Shown here piece by piece: positions 37,540-50,335 of a stretch of 64,000 nt of DNA. The notes beneath the pieces are model-generated. The model was not told where the DNA came from, did no database searches, and worked only from the letters and a program-made list of their open reading frames with translations. The translations under genes and the position numbers were made by a program. The stretch comes from Octopus bimaculoides (taxonomy: Eukaryota), in the NCBI RefSeq assembly GCF_001194135.2, contig NC_068991.1, positions 43,755,639 through 43,819,638 on the forward strand, in the 5' to 3' direction. Every line of letters begins with the position of its first letter. Positions within the stretch are counted from its first letter, which is position 1.

Positions 37540-38669
37540 AATAATTCAAATAAGCGCGTAATCACTCACCAAAGTAAATTTGCTCACGTAGATAACACGG
37601 AAAGTAGCACTAACACAAAATAAACTAAAAAGTAACCGAGAGTAATTTCCCTTGTAGATAATACGCTAAAGGAGCACTGATTCCTTAACTCTTTCTGTCT
37701 CCTATCCGTTTTCCTAGCAGTCAACAAAAGATGAACTTGACTACCTACAGAATGGATAACAAAATGCCAAATAACCTATGTATAACAACTCGAAGAAGCT
37801 GTATCTTACATTGTAACGAACAAATAAAGGCTGTATCAATTACTAATATTTTTCTTCCTCTCATTTATTGGGTACATATAAATCGTCACAGCTTCCATGT
37901 AAATGATTTTTTTTACATAACTTACTTTGATTTTGTAAATGAACAATGTGGTGTGTTTATTTTAATTGCCTATTTACATATATGAGTTCCTTTTCCCTAG
38001 GTATCGAGAATAATAATGGTGGTGGGCAGGTTGAACAATATGTGGTCTATAATTGATGTTGCATACCCTTTCAAGGAATTCTTTTTTTTTTTTTTCTTGG
38101 AACTATAAAAAGAAAACATCTTTTTAAATAGTGTATTAATAAAAATCCAGACTTTTAAAGGATTTTAGACATTCTTCCCGAACGCAAATTTTGACACCTG
38201 AATCCAGATGTCCTAGAAAATACGAACATATGACAATTCAAATGAAAAGAGAAGAATCTAATGTTTCGAGACCTAGCCCTTCGACTAAACGAAGAGACAG
38301 TTGTGTTGGACTGCTTTCGCCACAAGCTATCACGAGTTTCCTCAGAGTGACCTCCCCTAGACTGTTTAGCTCGTCTTTCCCATTTAACTTAATTCATAGA
38401 TTCTGTGTCCAATGGGGATAATTTTTATCTGGATTTGTTATATCATATAATCAGTTGTATGTGTAGTTGGTTCGTATCCAATCAACGATTCCATCTCCCC
38501 ATCTGTGGCCCAGGAGTGGTAGTTGTTAATAATATACCTTGCAAGCTATAATAAATAATAATAGTTCACTGTATTATAGCTTTCAATCTTCGTAAAGGGA
38601 GATAAGGCAATAAACTTCCGGTGTTATTGAGATTCGCGACCGAATATGAACTTGAGCTAACACGAGGAG
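37540..38669. promoter_or_regulatory. Probable MRPL14 promoter, possibly bidirectional
   Basis: TE-free and relatively CpG-rich. ETS-type ACTTCCGGT at 38614-38622, followed by + donor GAG|GTATGT at 38669. A - donor TTG|GTGAGT at 37570. Confidence 0.5.
38610..38669 (+). other. MRPL14: Putative non-coding first exon of MRPL14 (start approximate)
   Basis: Donor at 38670; the next exon has a strong acceptor (ttttgcag, 41378) 20 nt before the ATG, so an upstream UTR exon is required. Confidence 0.5.
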
Positions 38670-39989
38670 GTATGTTGCATATTTACTTTTCCCCCCTTTT
38701 TAAGCTAGGTATTTCCTTGATTGTTGTTGCTCTCAACATTTTTTTTCAATTGCGGGGTGATCCTAGAATATATGAGTTCACCGAAACTTGTATCATTTCG
38801 TTTGGTGGCTAAACAACAGTTAGTATTTATTCGAAAAGGGACTGAAACAAAATGTAGAAGAAACACTTTCAAAAGAGTACCCTGTAATGCTATAACAAAA
38901 AGAACCGTATCCGTCGTGTTTTTGCTAATTTTCTTTGTTGGAGAATTATATTTGTTGAGCCACACAGGTTCATTTTTGTTCTTTGTGTAGATTTTACCTT
39001 TGTCTCTGAACAAAAAGCGAAATACCAGTAATAGCAATAATAATAAGACGGCATAACGACAGATGTGTACCCCCATCGACTTTGTTGCCTCATAACTTTC
39101 AGAAAAATGGATACTTTTTGACGAAATTTTCAACAAATAACGCTGAGACGCTGTGGATTCAGAGTATATAAGTATTTATGGAAAAGAATTTGACAAGACT
39201 TCCTTTTGTACCCCACCCCAAAACACCCTTCTTTTTTTTATTTAATTTTTTTTTTTCTACACAAACCCCCGTTCTCGGCTACGGAGAATACGAATCTGCA
39301 AAAAAAAAAAAAGGCAAAAATCGGCATTTTGAAATTACGCCCCTAAATTCTTCATTTTAAACTTTTTTCAGAATTTTTTTTTTTTTCNNNNNNNNNNNNN
39401 NNNNNNNNNNNNNNNNNNNNNNNNNNNNNNNNNNNNNNNNNNNNNNNNNNNNNNNNNNNNNNNNNNNNNNNNNNNNNNNNNNNNNNNNNNNNNNNNNNNN
39501 NNNNNNNNNNNNNNNNNNNNNNNNNNNNNNNNNNNNNNNNNNNNNNNNNNNNNNNNNNNNNNNNNNNNNNNNNNNNNNNNNNNNNNNNNNNNNNNNNNNN
39601 NNNNNNNNNNNNNNNNNNNNNNNNNNNNNNNNNNNNNNNNNNNNNNNNNNNNNNNNNNNNNNNNNNNNNNNNNNNNNNNNNNNNNNNNNNNNNNNNNNNN
39701 NNNNNNNNNNNNNNNNNNNNNNNNNNNNNNNNNNNNNNNNGCTGGGAAGTGGTCACTGCTAGTGTGTGCGAAGTTGTGCAGGGTGTGGGTGTGGTGTGGA
39801 CGGAGGGGGTATCAATGAAGGAAGAAAGTAGGTAGGAGTGAAGAGAGGAAGTAGGTGTCAGGGCAAGAGAGGAGAGCTGGGTAGGAATGAAGAGAGGAAG
39901 TAGGTGTCAGATGAAGAGGAGTTGAGCCCATATGGCACAAAGGAGCGAAGAGAGAAGATTAATTCCTGTTCATATAGGCAATACATCAA

Positions 39990-40660
39990 TGCTTACAACT
40001 GATTTCATGGGTGTGAAATTGATGCATGGCATCATCATTTTGGACTGCACCATGCAGCAAATAGATGGAGACCATGAAGAGTTGGGTTTTCTGATTACTT
40101 TGAGGAAATTCAGGAAGGTTGGTTTGGTGACACTGACTGATTTAAACTTTATCAATGACAAAACTTTGCTGCCAAATAAAATCATAGATGATCAAGCCCT
40201 TTTGTCAAGGGTAGAGTATGAATACAAGTTAGTTAATCTGGAGTTAAATTTCAGAAAGATAGAATACATAGTCCACAGTACATCTGACCACGAATCACTG
40301 AAGGCTGTTGAAGATTCTTTGCTCAAGCAAGTTTCTGGCATCAAGTGATTAAGATCATTCTTGGCAGACTTGGAGTGGGATATCAAGAATATCAAAGTGC
40401 ATAGAGACTTTTTTTTAGGAAAACACTCATGAATATGGATAATATTTAAACCTTCAATTCTCCAGATAACTCAAAAAGAGAACCTTCATAGTAGCAATCA
40501 AGACAACCCTACTATATGGATATGAAACTTGGACCATCACTAAATTCATGGTCAACTTCCTTGATAGCTAGGCTTTGGCATCAACTAGATGCAGAAAGAG
40601 ATCACCTGATATAACTGGCTCTTTATACACACCCTGTCTGCCACCCCAGGTGTCACATTA
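39990..40660 (+). mobile_element. Degenerate RTE-type (RTEX-like) RT fragment in MRPL14 intron 1
   Basis: TDLNFINDKTLL...QALLSRVEYEYKLVNLELN...LKAVED and LLYGYETWT motifs. Confidence 0.7.
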
Positions 40661-41398
40661 ACCACTATAACCAATCCTTCTTGCCCTAGAGTTTTCCTTT
40701 TCACCCACATTTTTCCTGCAGGTAATTGATTTGTAGACATTCAAACTGAATATCAGCTGTATCAATCTCATCAACCTCAAAAGGCCTGCTGAGGTCATTT
40801 TTTACTACTATTTCCTCTTTACCAAACCATGAAAAGAGTGTTAATATCAGGAATGTGGCACTAGTCTATCCTAAGACTTTGTCATTGTTGATGTGAAAAT
40901 ACTACCAATAGTATAGTCAAAATATAACACTTGCATTTTGTTTTTTCTAATATTTGTTAGAATGAGCAATATTTACTTATGAATTATTGAAGTAATTTTT
41001 TTTTAGAATGGAGTAGGTTTTGTTTCATTTCTTTAGTGAAAGATTATTTTCCAGGTGAGTGAGTATCAATTAGATTTATAAGTAGAATAAATATGCTGAG
41101 AAAAATGTGTTGATCACTATTTTTTTTTTCTGGCAGTATGAAAAACAACTCCTTTTGTGTTTCTATATTTTTTTTTCTTTGAACATAATCAATAGAAGTA
41201 GTTGCCATAACAGTTTGTAGAATATTTAGTAGAATAGAAAATTTGAATGATTTCAGATAGGTTGATTGGCATCATACAATAGCTGTAAGGAATTTGATTC
41301 AGTGATATTGCAGTCTAGGACCTTGACATTTTTATTGTCTAATTAAATATGAATTATACTTTTTCTGTATTTTTGCAGTTGTAACCCTTTCAATCAAG

Positions 41399-41475
41399 AT
41401 GTTTGGAAATATTTTGCGGAACAGTATTCCATGTATTTCAAATATCACTTCTACTGGCTTTCCCCGGACATTTTG
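41399..41475 (+). CDS. MRPL14: Mitochondrial ribosomal protein L14, coding exon 1 (targeting peptide)
   Basis: MFGNILRNSIPCISNITSTGFPRTF-TG|GTAAAT; the phase-2 intron joins C at 45179 to give TGC. Confidence 0.8.
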
Positions 41476-42004
41476 GTAAATATCTCAAATTTGATTTGTC
41501 ATTTTTGGGTGGTGAAGAGAAATGGAAGTGCTTGAGTGGTGCCATCAAATGCAAAACAAAGATAAATCTTCCCATGGATAGACTGCCAGTCTATTGCATA
41601 GAATGTGTCTAAATGTTTTTGTCTATATTCCTATCAACTAAGTGAACAGATGCAGTATAGAATAAAATGTTCTGCATATAAATAATGAAATGCCAGCAGT
41701 TGATGTAATATGACTCAGTTCCTCTATTATTCAGCCTCTCTCTCATAGTTTTCTAGAATTCAAGACTTGACACTGGCCAAACATAATTAGTGCTGGTTTA
41801 TCTTATTGCTCTTATACTTCATGATTAATGACTGAACTATTCATTTTGTGAACTGGCCAAACACATTTTCTCTTATGCTGTATTTCTTTATTATTTTATC
41901 AATGACTGGTGTAGCAACACCATAGTCAACTGCTACAAAGGTAAAGGTGATGCCTTAGATAGAAATAATTACAGAATTATCAAATTGCTGGATCAGGTGA
42001 TGAA

Positions 42005-43665
42005 AGTTACGGAGAGAGTCATAGCCCAACTAATTAGATGAGATGCAGTTTGGTTTTGTGTCAGGGAGAAGCACCACTGATGCTATATTTCTAGTGAGGC
42101 AGCTGCAGGAGAAATACATAGCCGAAGATAAACCTCTGTACTTGGCCTTTGTTGACTTGGAGAAAGCCTTTGACAGGGTCCCCCCCCGATCCCTTATCTG
42201 GTGGTCAGTGCGGAAACTGGGGATAGACGAGTGGTTGGTGAGAGCTGTACAAGCTATGTACAGGGATGCTAACAGTGAGGTGAGGGTTGGCAATGGGTAC
42301 AGCGAAGAATTCAGGGTACAAGTAGGGGTTCACCAAGGATCGGTGCTCAGCCCCTCTTGTTCATCATAGTCCTCCAGGCAATAACAGAGGAATTCAAGAC
42401 AGGTTGCCCCTGGGAGCTCCTCTATGCTTATGACTTTGCTCTTATAGCTGAATCACTAACTGAACTAGAGAAGTTGTAAGTGTGGAAGCAAGGTCTAGAA
42501 TCAAAGGGCCTTAGAGTTAATCTAGCAAAAATCAGTTTTAATAAGTAGGAAGGCAGACAAATCACAAGTTCCTTCAGGTAGACAGCCCTGCTCAATCTGT
42601 AGAAAAATTGTAGGTAGAAACTCCATAAGATGCACCCAGTGTAAGCTTTGGACACACAAAAGGTACAGCAACATCAGAGGAAGGTTAACAAGGAAACTAG
42701 CTTTTGTATGTGGAAGATGCACATGTACAATAAACACTGAAAATGTGCAGAAAATAGACTCCATCAACTGCCAGGGGAACAAGCTAGAGATAGTAGATAG
42801 CTTCCATTATCTAGTGGAGGTGGATGCTCTATGAGTGTAGCTGTGAGAATGGGATTAGGATGGGCAAAGTTCAGAGAACTCCTACCCCTACTGGTAACAA
42901 AGGGCCTCACTCAGAGTGAAAGGCAGATTGTTTGGTATCTGTGTGTGAAAAGCTATGCTGCATGGCAGTGAAACATGTGCTGTGACAGCCGAGGATATGC
43001 ATAGGGTTGAAAGAAATGAAGCCAGTATGCTTTGCTGGATGTGCAATGTCAGTGTGCATGTTCGACAGAGTGTAACCATCTTGAGAGAAAAGTTAGGCAT
43101 ACCATGTGCAAGAGAGATGACTGTGTTGGTATTGTCATGATGTGTATGGATGAGGACAGGTGTGTAAAGAAGTGCTGGTCTCTAACTGTGGAGGGAACCT
43201 GTAGTAGAGGTAGACTCAGGAAAACATGGAACGAGGTAGTGAAGCATGATCTTTGAACTTTGAGCTTCACAGAGGGAATGACTAGTTACCATGACTTTGG
43301 TGATGTGCTGTGCTTGAGCGGACCCGTCAAGCCAAGTGCACCTGTGCTGGTGGCGTGTAAAGAACACCTTTTGAGCGTTGGGGCTCATGCAAGCAAAAAG
43401 AACACCTTTCAAGCGTTGGGCCTCACTGAAGCAAAGTGGCTGAATTCCTTTCCGAGCGTTGGGCCTCATGGTGGCAAAGTGGCTGAGTTCCTTTCAAGTG
43501 TTGGGCCTCACAGAGGCAATGATTGAGACATTTGGCATCATGTCATGGTTGAAAAGATCCATCAAGCCGAGCAAAATTGCAGTCATGGCAGATACCGGTG
43601 TCATGCAAATTGGTGCCTGTGCCAGTGGCACGTTAAAGCATCCCAAACATTAAATGATGATGACT
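42005..43665 (+). mobile_element. RTE R1 LINE, RT through 3' tail, degenerate
   Basis: MQFGFVSGRSTTDAIF, FVDLEKAFDRV, GVHQGSVLSP, MLHGSETCA, RGRLRKTWNEVV; tandem-repeat 3' UTR; ends (GAT)n. Confidence 0.92.
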
Positions 43666-43824
43666 CTAAAATCAATTGAATTTTTACAAAGTTTTCTGAA
43701 CCCTTTTCCATGTTTTTAGAAATCTGTGCCGACTCCTTGTTATAATTCAACAATATCTGGTAATGCATATTCTAAATGTACGCCATTTTCCTGCAACACT
43801 TTGTCACTCATTTCTCGTATCCTC

Positions 43825-44515
43825 CATCATCATTATTGTTTCAATGTCTACTTTTCAATGTTTGTATGGATCAGATGGAGTTTGTTGAGATTGGATTTTC
43901 TGCTGCCAATATGCCCTTCCTGTTGCCAACCCTCACTTGTTTTTCAAACAAGGTAATATTTTTCTATGGTTGAGCATTTTTACAGAAGATTAGAAATGGA
44001 CACCATCTTTGTGACAGGGATGCTCGCTTACAACTAATACATAATGTCAAAACAGACTCCCACTCAAATATATATATGTTTTAGATTAAATAAATTGAAA
44101 ATCTGAGGTTTCTCGAGTGAGATGAGCATGGCCGTTGCCAGTACCGCCTGACTGGCCTTCGTGCGGGTGACATGTAAAAGCACCCACTACACTCTCTGAG
44201 TGGTTGGCGTTAGGAAGGGCATCCAGCTGTAGAAACTCTGCCAAATTAGATTGGAGCCTGGTGTTGCCATCCGGTTTCACCAGTCCTCAGTCAAATCGTC
44301 CAACCCATGCTAGCATGGAAAGCGGATGTTAAACGATGATGATGATCATATATATATATGATGGGTTTTCAGTTTCTGTCTATTGAATCTATTCACAAGG
44401 CTTTGTTTGGCCTAGAGCTATAGTAGAAGACACTTGCTTAAGGTGCTATGCAGTGTTACTAAACTTGAAACCATATGGTTGGGAAGTGAACTTATTAACT
44501 ACACAGCTATGCCTC
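43825..44515. mobile_element. Cluster: B2 repeat (43825-44055, -), young RTE tail (44100-44347, +), SINE A head (44360-44515, -)
   Basis: Matches to the other copies in the window. Confidence 0.75.
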
Positions 44516-45178
44516 TGTTTGTAAATATTGTCAGGTAACATTAATTCAAGGGTTGGGATAACAGCACTTGACTAATTTTTTTTTTTGTCAAGATGTTTTT
44601 ATTTCATTCACCTATCTCAAGTGTCATACCTTACCAGAGGTTCAACACTCCATTATTTATTGCAATAAACATATTTCTTATATTAACTTTTCGCTTTGAT
44701 ACTGAGCAAATTAAGTGCAACTTAATCTTTGTTCATTTTACATCCATTTTTACCTTGCAAATATGAGCTGGATGAATACTTAACAAGGCATTTATAGCCA
44801 TGCACCTTTCTTGTTGCTAACTGTTACCTGTCTTTTAGGCAAGGGATATTTTAGTCAGAAAATAGTGTTTAATGTATGAAGATCAGGTTAATAATCCAAT
44901 AAATTATAAATGCATTAATAACTATTCTCAAAAGCTTAAGGTATTTAAATAAAATATCTAGCATTCAGCTGGAAACATTTTATTCATGATAGAGATTGTA
45001 CAGTGACCACACTCATAACCCCTATAGCATATCTGTACTGTTTGACTGTGTGCCACATATATACTCTTGGGTACATAATGTACAAGTATAGTAAAAACAA
45101 AACAAATGTAAATTGAAATTTTAATGATTGATGATTGTGATTTTGAAAAGAATTTGGTTATGTTAATCTCTTTTGCAG

Positions 45179-45551
45179 CACAACGCAAAGTCTTTGTGAA
45201 ATTCGCAAGCTTGCAAGAATGCGTGTTGTCGACAATAGTGCAATTGGCAGAGCTGCAGCTGCTGCAGGTCGCCCAGCACGTGTGATCCAAGTCTACAACA
45301 AAAAGGGAGTTGGAATGATAGGTGACAAAATACTGGTTGCCATAAAGGGACAAAAAAAGAAAGCATACATTGTTGGACTGAAGCAAACGCAAAAGCCTCT
45401 GATGCCTAGGTTTGACACAAACAACATAGTTCTTGTTGAGGACAATAACAGCCCCACAGGTACTCGGATCCGTGTTCCAATTCCCTCACAGCTAAGAGGC
45501 CAAGGAAAGGAATTTACAAAAATTCTTGCAATAGCATCAAAATTTGTGTAG
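45179..45551 (+). CDS. MRPL14: Mitochondrial ribosomal protein L14 (uL14m), last coding exon
   Basis: Acceptor ttttgcag; TTQSLCEIRKLARMRVVDNS...GDKILVAIKGQKKKAYIVG...PRFDTNNIVLVEDNNSPTGTRIRVPIP...KILAIASKFV*, collinear with metazoan MRPL14. Confidence 0.97.
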
Positions 45552-48500
45552 CTACACATCTTAGCAAACATTTTCTTTTTGTACATAAAATATTGAAAAT
45601 TGTTCTTCCTGTTGTTGTTAATTTTGATGACTTGCAGATTTGTCAGAAATATAAATATTGATAGCAAACTTAGTTGTGATTGGTAGTTTTTATATATGCT
45701 TCAATGGATTTAAAATTGTAATTTTAATGCTAAATTTTGTTTAAACTGGAATTCTATCATCTTAAATATGTCAGAATGTTTAAAATGATGATGTTAATAA
45801 GTTTCTGAAACTATATAAGCACACATATGCAGTGTGTGGAAGGAGGTGGTGGTGAGAAAAGAAGGATTTGATTTCATAAATAACAAGCAAAAAGAAGTCT
45901 TAGACTAGTTTAATTTTATTTAGTAAACTTGGAGGTCAGACAAAAATGCAATATTTCAGAAACACCATTTTTGTGATAACACTTCCACAAAATATAAATA
46001 AAAAAAAAAATTCAAATACACTTGAATGAAGATGTTATATTATCATAAAAACACTATCATTATCGGTTTGAGGTTTTTCTGCTTTAATATGTTGAATGAG
46101 AATCTACTCAGTGTCTATCCAATGTCAGTAGGATCATCTATTTCACCCAAAGACTTTTTCTTCTCTTTTTAGAAATAAAAAACTGTAAGGATGCTTCATA
46201 CAGGATTGTAGTAAAAGTGAGTAGTCAGCTAATGTATGTGTGTAATAACTAAGACATCAACTACATGTCACCAGTTTCATACAGGTCATTGAGTTATTTT
46301 GATCACTGTAATCAGTGATGGTGTTTCTCCTGTAGCAATTTATCTGTCAAATTATTCATTCCACTACTCCTTTCTAATACTAAACAAGAAATCGTAACTG
46401 ATTCATCTCGTTGATATATTCCTAAATTCTTTGGAAAAGAAAAGAAAAAAAAACTACCAACTGTATTACTGGTTGATATTTGATTTCAGCTGACAGAAAA
46501 CATTTGGTCATGTGAAGCTTTACAAAGCAATGAATGCATGCTATTTTGATTATTCATTTGTGATGCTTGCACTGACAATTATAGGACCTCAATATTATGA
46601 AGTGTTACGGCATACATATATGTGTTTGTGTGTATATATATATATGCACAAGTTTGCTGTGTATATTTTAATTGTTCTGCACACACTTCTCTATGTGATC
46701 ATAGCTGGGTTGATTTTTGTAATTAATAACATGAAGTCATAGTTCTTACAAGTGTTTTTATAGCTGGATGAAAGTATATTTTTAGTATCAGCCCCTGAAA
46801 GATGGGGGATCTAGTTATTTACCAGATGCAGACTGAGGCAAGCAAAGTATTGTACTTTGTATAGGGATCACAACATACTGGCTGAAGCATGATATCAGGT
46901 AAATAATGACATTTTTCATTTAAATCTGAAAGCATTTAAGTTCTTCATTAGATCTTCATTTATCCTTATATTAAAAAACATTTTTAAAAAGAAAACCAAA
47001 GACTAAAGAAAGCTGATTTGTAAGAAATTGTCAGTATAATAAAACATGTTTGTTTATTTTCATTGATATAAATTGACTATACGATTTCAAAAGCAAATTG
47101 TTTAAAAATTCCTGGATAACGTAACTTCTGAATCTGTTTGTCTATGTTATTTAAGTTACAGTTACCAAAGTTATCACAGATTTTTGAGAACATTAGAGAA
47201 ACTAAACTGATCTTAAAATACATCAGTAAACACTCTCCAATCGAAATCAACCAAAACACACTGTCCCTGTAATAAATGAGAAGTAGTAGGCAGAAGTTTG
47301 ATCAGAATAACATTCTATGAAACAACTAGATCCAACTTCATAATGTGTTGAGGGATAATTTGCATTGTGTCCAGTTAGGCAAGTGATGGAGGTGAAATAA
47401 ATAGGGATAACATCAGGAAATTAGATTCATTTGTTAAATATGATCAACAAAGAAACACAAGTCATGCATTGCATAACTTTATCCAAAGACAAGAACCATC
47501 TTTTATATTGAAATCATTTCAAAATAAAATGATCATGTTACATTATTGATGAAAACAACTTGTACACATTTTTTAAAGAATATATAATAGTTTCTTATTC
47601 AGGCATTAAAGCAGTTTTTATATGGCAGGAAATTACAAATTGTTATGTTCCTGCCTCTCCCAAAACAGAAGGTTTGCAGTTTGAGAAACAAAACTGGATT
47701 GCATACAGTGTATGTATATAAATATGAACATACCAAACATGTGAGAAATATTTGTCAAATACATTAAGATATTTTAATATAATTTGAATTAAATATTCTT
47801 CACAACTGAGCAATTGTTATCAGCAATAAAGCATAAGAGAGAATTTAGCTTTGCTCGTTAGCTTTCATTGAAGACTGATAAAAGAGAGGAATAGAAACTT
47901 GAAAGAAGTCAAACTGATTATATATTTACAGTTAAAGAAAAAGCAGAATTAAGTTTTAAAATATTTAGAATTAATAACGAATTTAAATTTAATTTAGAAA
48001 ACAAATGTATGTGTATGTGCAAAGCATTTTCATTGTTAGATACATTAAATCAGGTAATTGTGTGTGTACATATACACACACGAATTTTTAGGTGATGACA
48101 CTTCACTCTGCATTTGTAAACCAGCCAAAAATACATTATTTGCATTACATTTCTTTGAAAATGTCTCGGGACACCTGATAAACCTCAACATAATACATCT
48201 ATGTTTCAACAAATGTTATGTGCATCCTATACACCACACACATAAAATACAGAGTTGGCAGATATATTAAGGTAACAAGCAAATTCATTTGAGTATTAAA
48301 ATATAAATAATCCCCTGAATTCAAAGGTAAATAACAAGAGAAGAGCAAAAAAAAAAAATGTTACAAATGTCTTACAATTTGGATTAACACTAAATATGGT
48401 GAAGAAGTGAATAAAAATATATAAAAATAATTAAAAGCTTCACAGCTTTCAGTTAAATAAATAATCTTAGGAGTAAAGAGTCATTCTATGATAGTACTGG

Positions 48501-49359
48501 GCTAGAGTCAAGAAATAGAAGAAAAAAATAAAAATAAAACCTTAATTTCTCCTTACTCCATGCTTTTTGTCCTTAAGGTACATCATTGTTACATTTCATA
48601 ATTTAAAAGGAAAATTTATTTTCTTATAGAAAGTAGTTTTCAATCAGGAGTTATAAGTCTTAGCAGACTTCATTCATTGAGTATAGATTGTCTGTATTGG
48701 AAAAGAGAGGAACAAAAAAAATAGCCTCTTTATTAGATTTGAAGTCTGAGAGCTATATGTAATGGGAATTGGAAAACTTGAGATGTTCAATGCTTTACAA
48801 AGAATGTTAGCACAATAAATGAACATCGAAGCTGGGTTACAGATATTTATCTAGAAAGAAACTAATACTTCACTGCCAACTGGAAAGTAATTATGACAGA
48901 CTATATTAATATTTAACAGTTATAACAGTGGAGAAAAAGCTGTTATGATCATATCACTTATCAAAGTCATTAGCATCAAGTTAAATGATTCTAATTTAGA
49001 ATCAAAACTTAACTGCTGACTGGGTTTGTCAAAAACTTACAGCTATAATACCTATCAACACCACTACCATCGTAACAAGAACATAAATATCAGGTATGAT
49101 ATATTAAACTGGATGTAGTGGAAAGTGTTTCTTTCTTATAGTAGCAAAACAAAAAATGAGACTTAATACCAAGGCAAAAAAAAAAAAAAAAGGGACAAAT
49201 AAAGTAAGATGAAAATGAAACTTCACTCCAAATGATCTTTACTTCAACTTCGAATTGATAACAAATCACAGTGGGGGAAAAAACAAAACTCCCAAGTTGT
49301 TGAGACTTCAATTGTAAAGAAAAGGGTTTCAGTCAGAAATCTTGAAATTTCAATTGGTT

Positions 49360-49509
49360 TCATGATGTCTTCAATGTGGAAACAAGTTCAACTAAAGCTA
49401 TGGCACGGTTATAATCATCTGAGCCTTCTTCTAAGCATTTTACAACTTGGTTTAACAGCTGGCAAATGGCTGGCACAGAACAGTCTGGAGTATAGAGAGA
49501 AGTGGTATC
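49360..49509 (-). CDS. RAB3GAP2: Rab3 GAP non-catalytic subunit, terminal coding exon
   Basis: Acceptor tttcacag; DTTSLYTPDCSVPAICQLLNQVVKCLEEGSDDYNRAIALVELVSTLKTS*, phase 0. Confidence 0.9.
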   Translation of the reverse strand, partial: DTTSLYTPDCSVPAICQLLNQVVKCLEEGSDDYNRAIALVELVSTLKTS

Positions 49510-49771
49510 CTGTGAAATGAAAAAAATTTTTTACAACTTCATGAATGGACAAAATACTGGTAGAGATTATCAAATAGAATTTGATAGTAGCAACTCCTCA
49601 CTATTCAAAACACAATCTGTTGCATCCATGTCTTAAAATTTTTTGCGACCCCAATCTCGCTTTTAACCTGACCCCAAATATCACATGTAGGTCTAAAATT
49701 GAAAATACAAAACAATGCAAGGAAAATAGAGGTGGTCTGCTTGACAAAGTCATTTAAAGTATATATATGCT

Positions 49772-50335
49772 GTGGAGGTGTGTAGTTTACTGTAGTGCTC
49801 CGCAACCTTTTTTCACTTGTAAACTTACATTCTTTTCAAAATTTGGTGGCACACCTGAACTAAAAGTATAGGAAAAAAATTTTTATTCAGGTTACACTGT
49901 GGCACATCAGTGTACCATGGCATACTAGTTACAGGGCACTGGCTTAGTGGTTAGGCTGTTGGACTCAGGATCATTAGGTTGTGGTTGATTCTTGGACTGG
50001 GCAATGTTCTTGAGCAAAACACTTCACTTCATGGTGCTCCAGTCTACTCAGCTGAAAAATGAGTACCACTATTGGAAGCACATTGCTTAGTGGTTAGGGT
50101 GTTGGATTCATGACCGTAAGATTTTGGTTTTGATCCCTGGATCAGGCAATCCATTGTGTTCTTGAGAAAAACACTTCATGTTGCTCCAGTCCACTCAGCT
50201 GTAGAAATGAGTTTAGCCGGGAGAGAAATGGGCTCCACCAGGCTTTTTTGCCTTAGATATGCTGCATGGTTGCAGCACCCCAACAACCCCCAAGATGTTA
50301 AGGGACTTGTCAATTGGCAATATATATGCCATGGA
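49772..50335 (+). mobile_element. Two tandem family C SINEs; the first has a 149-bp hAT-like MITE (49793-49941) in its head
   Basis: Imperfect TIRs tagtgctccgcaacc / agttacagggcactg; decayed 8-bp TSD gtttactg / gcttagtg. Confidence 0.6.

Noticed and set aside
38191-38421. Short ORFs in the promoter region
   Set aside because: No recognisable homology or consistent start and splice context.
43370-43545. CRISPR-like repeat array (also 20261-20359)
   Set aside because: Eukaryotic context with no unique spacers or cas genes; these are tandem repeats inside LINEs.
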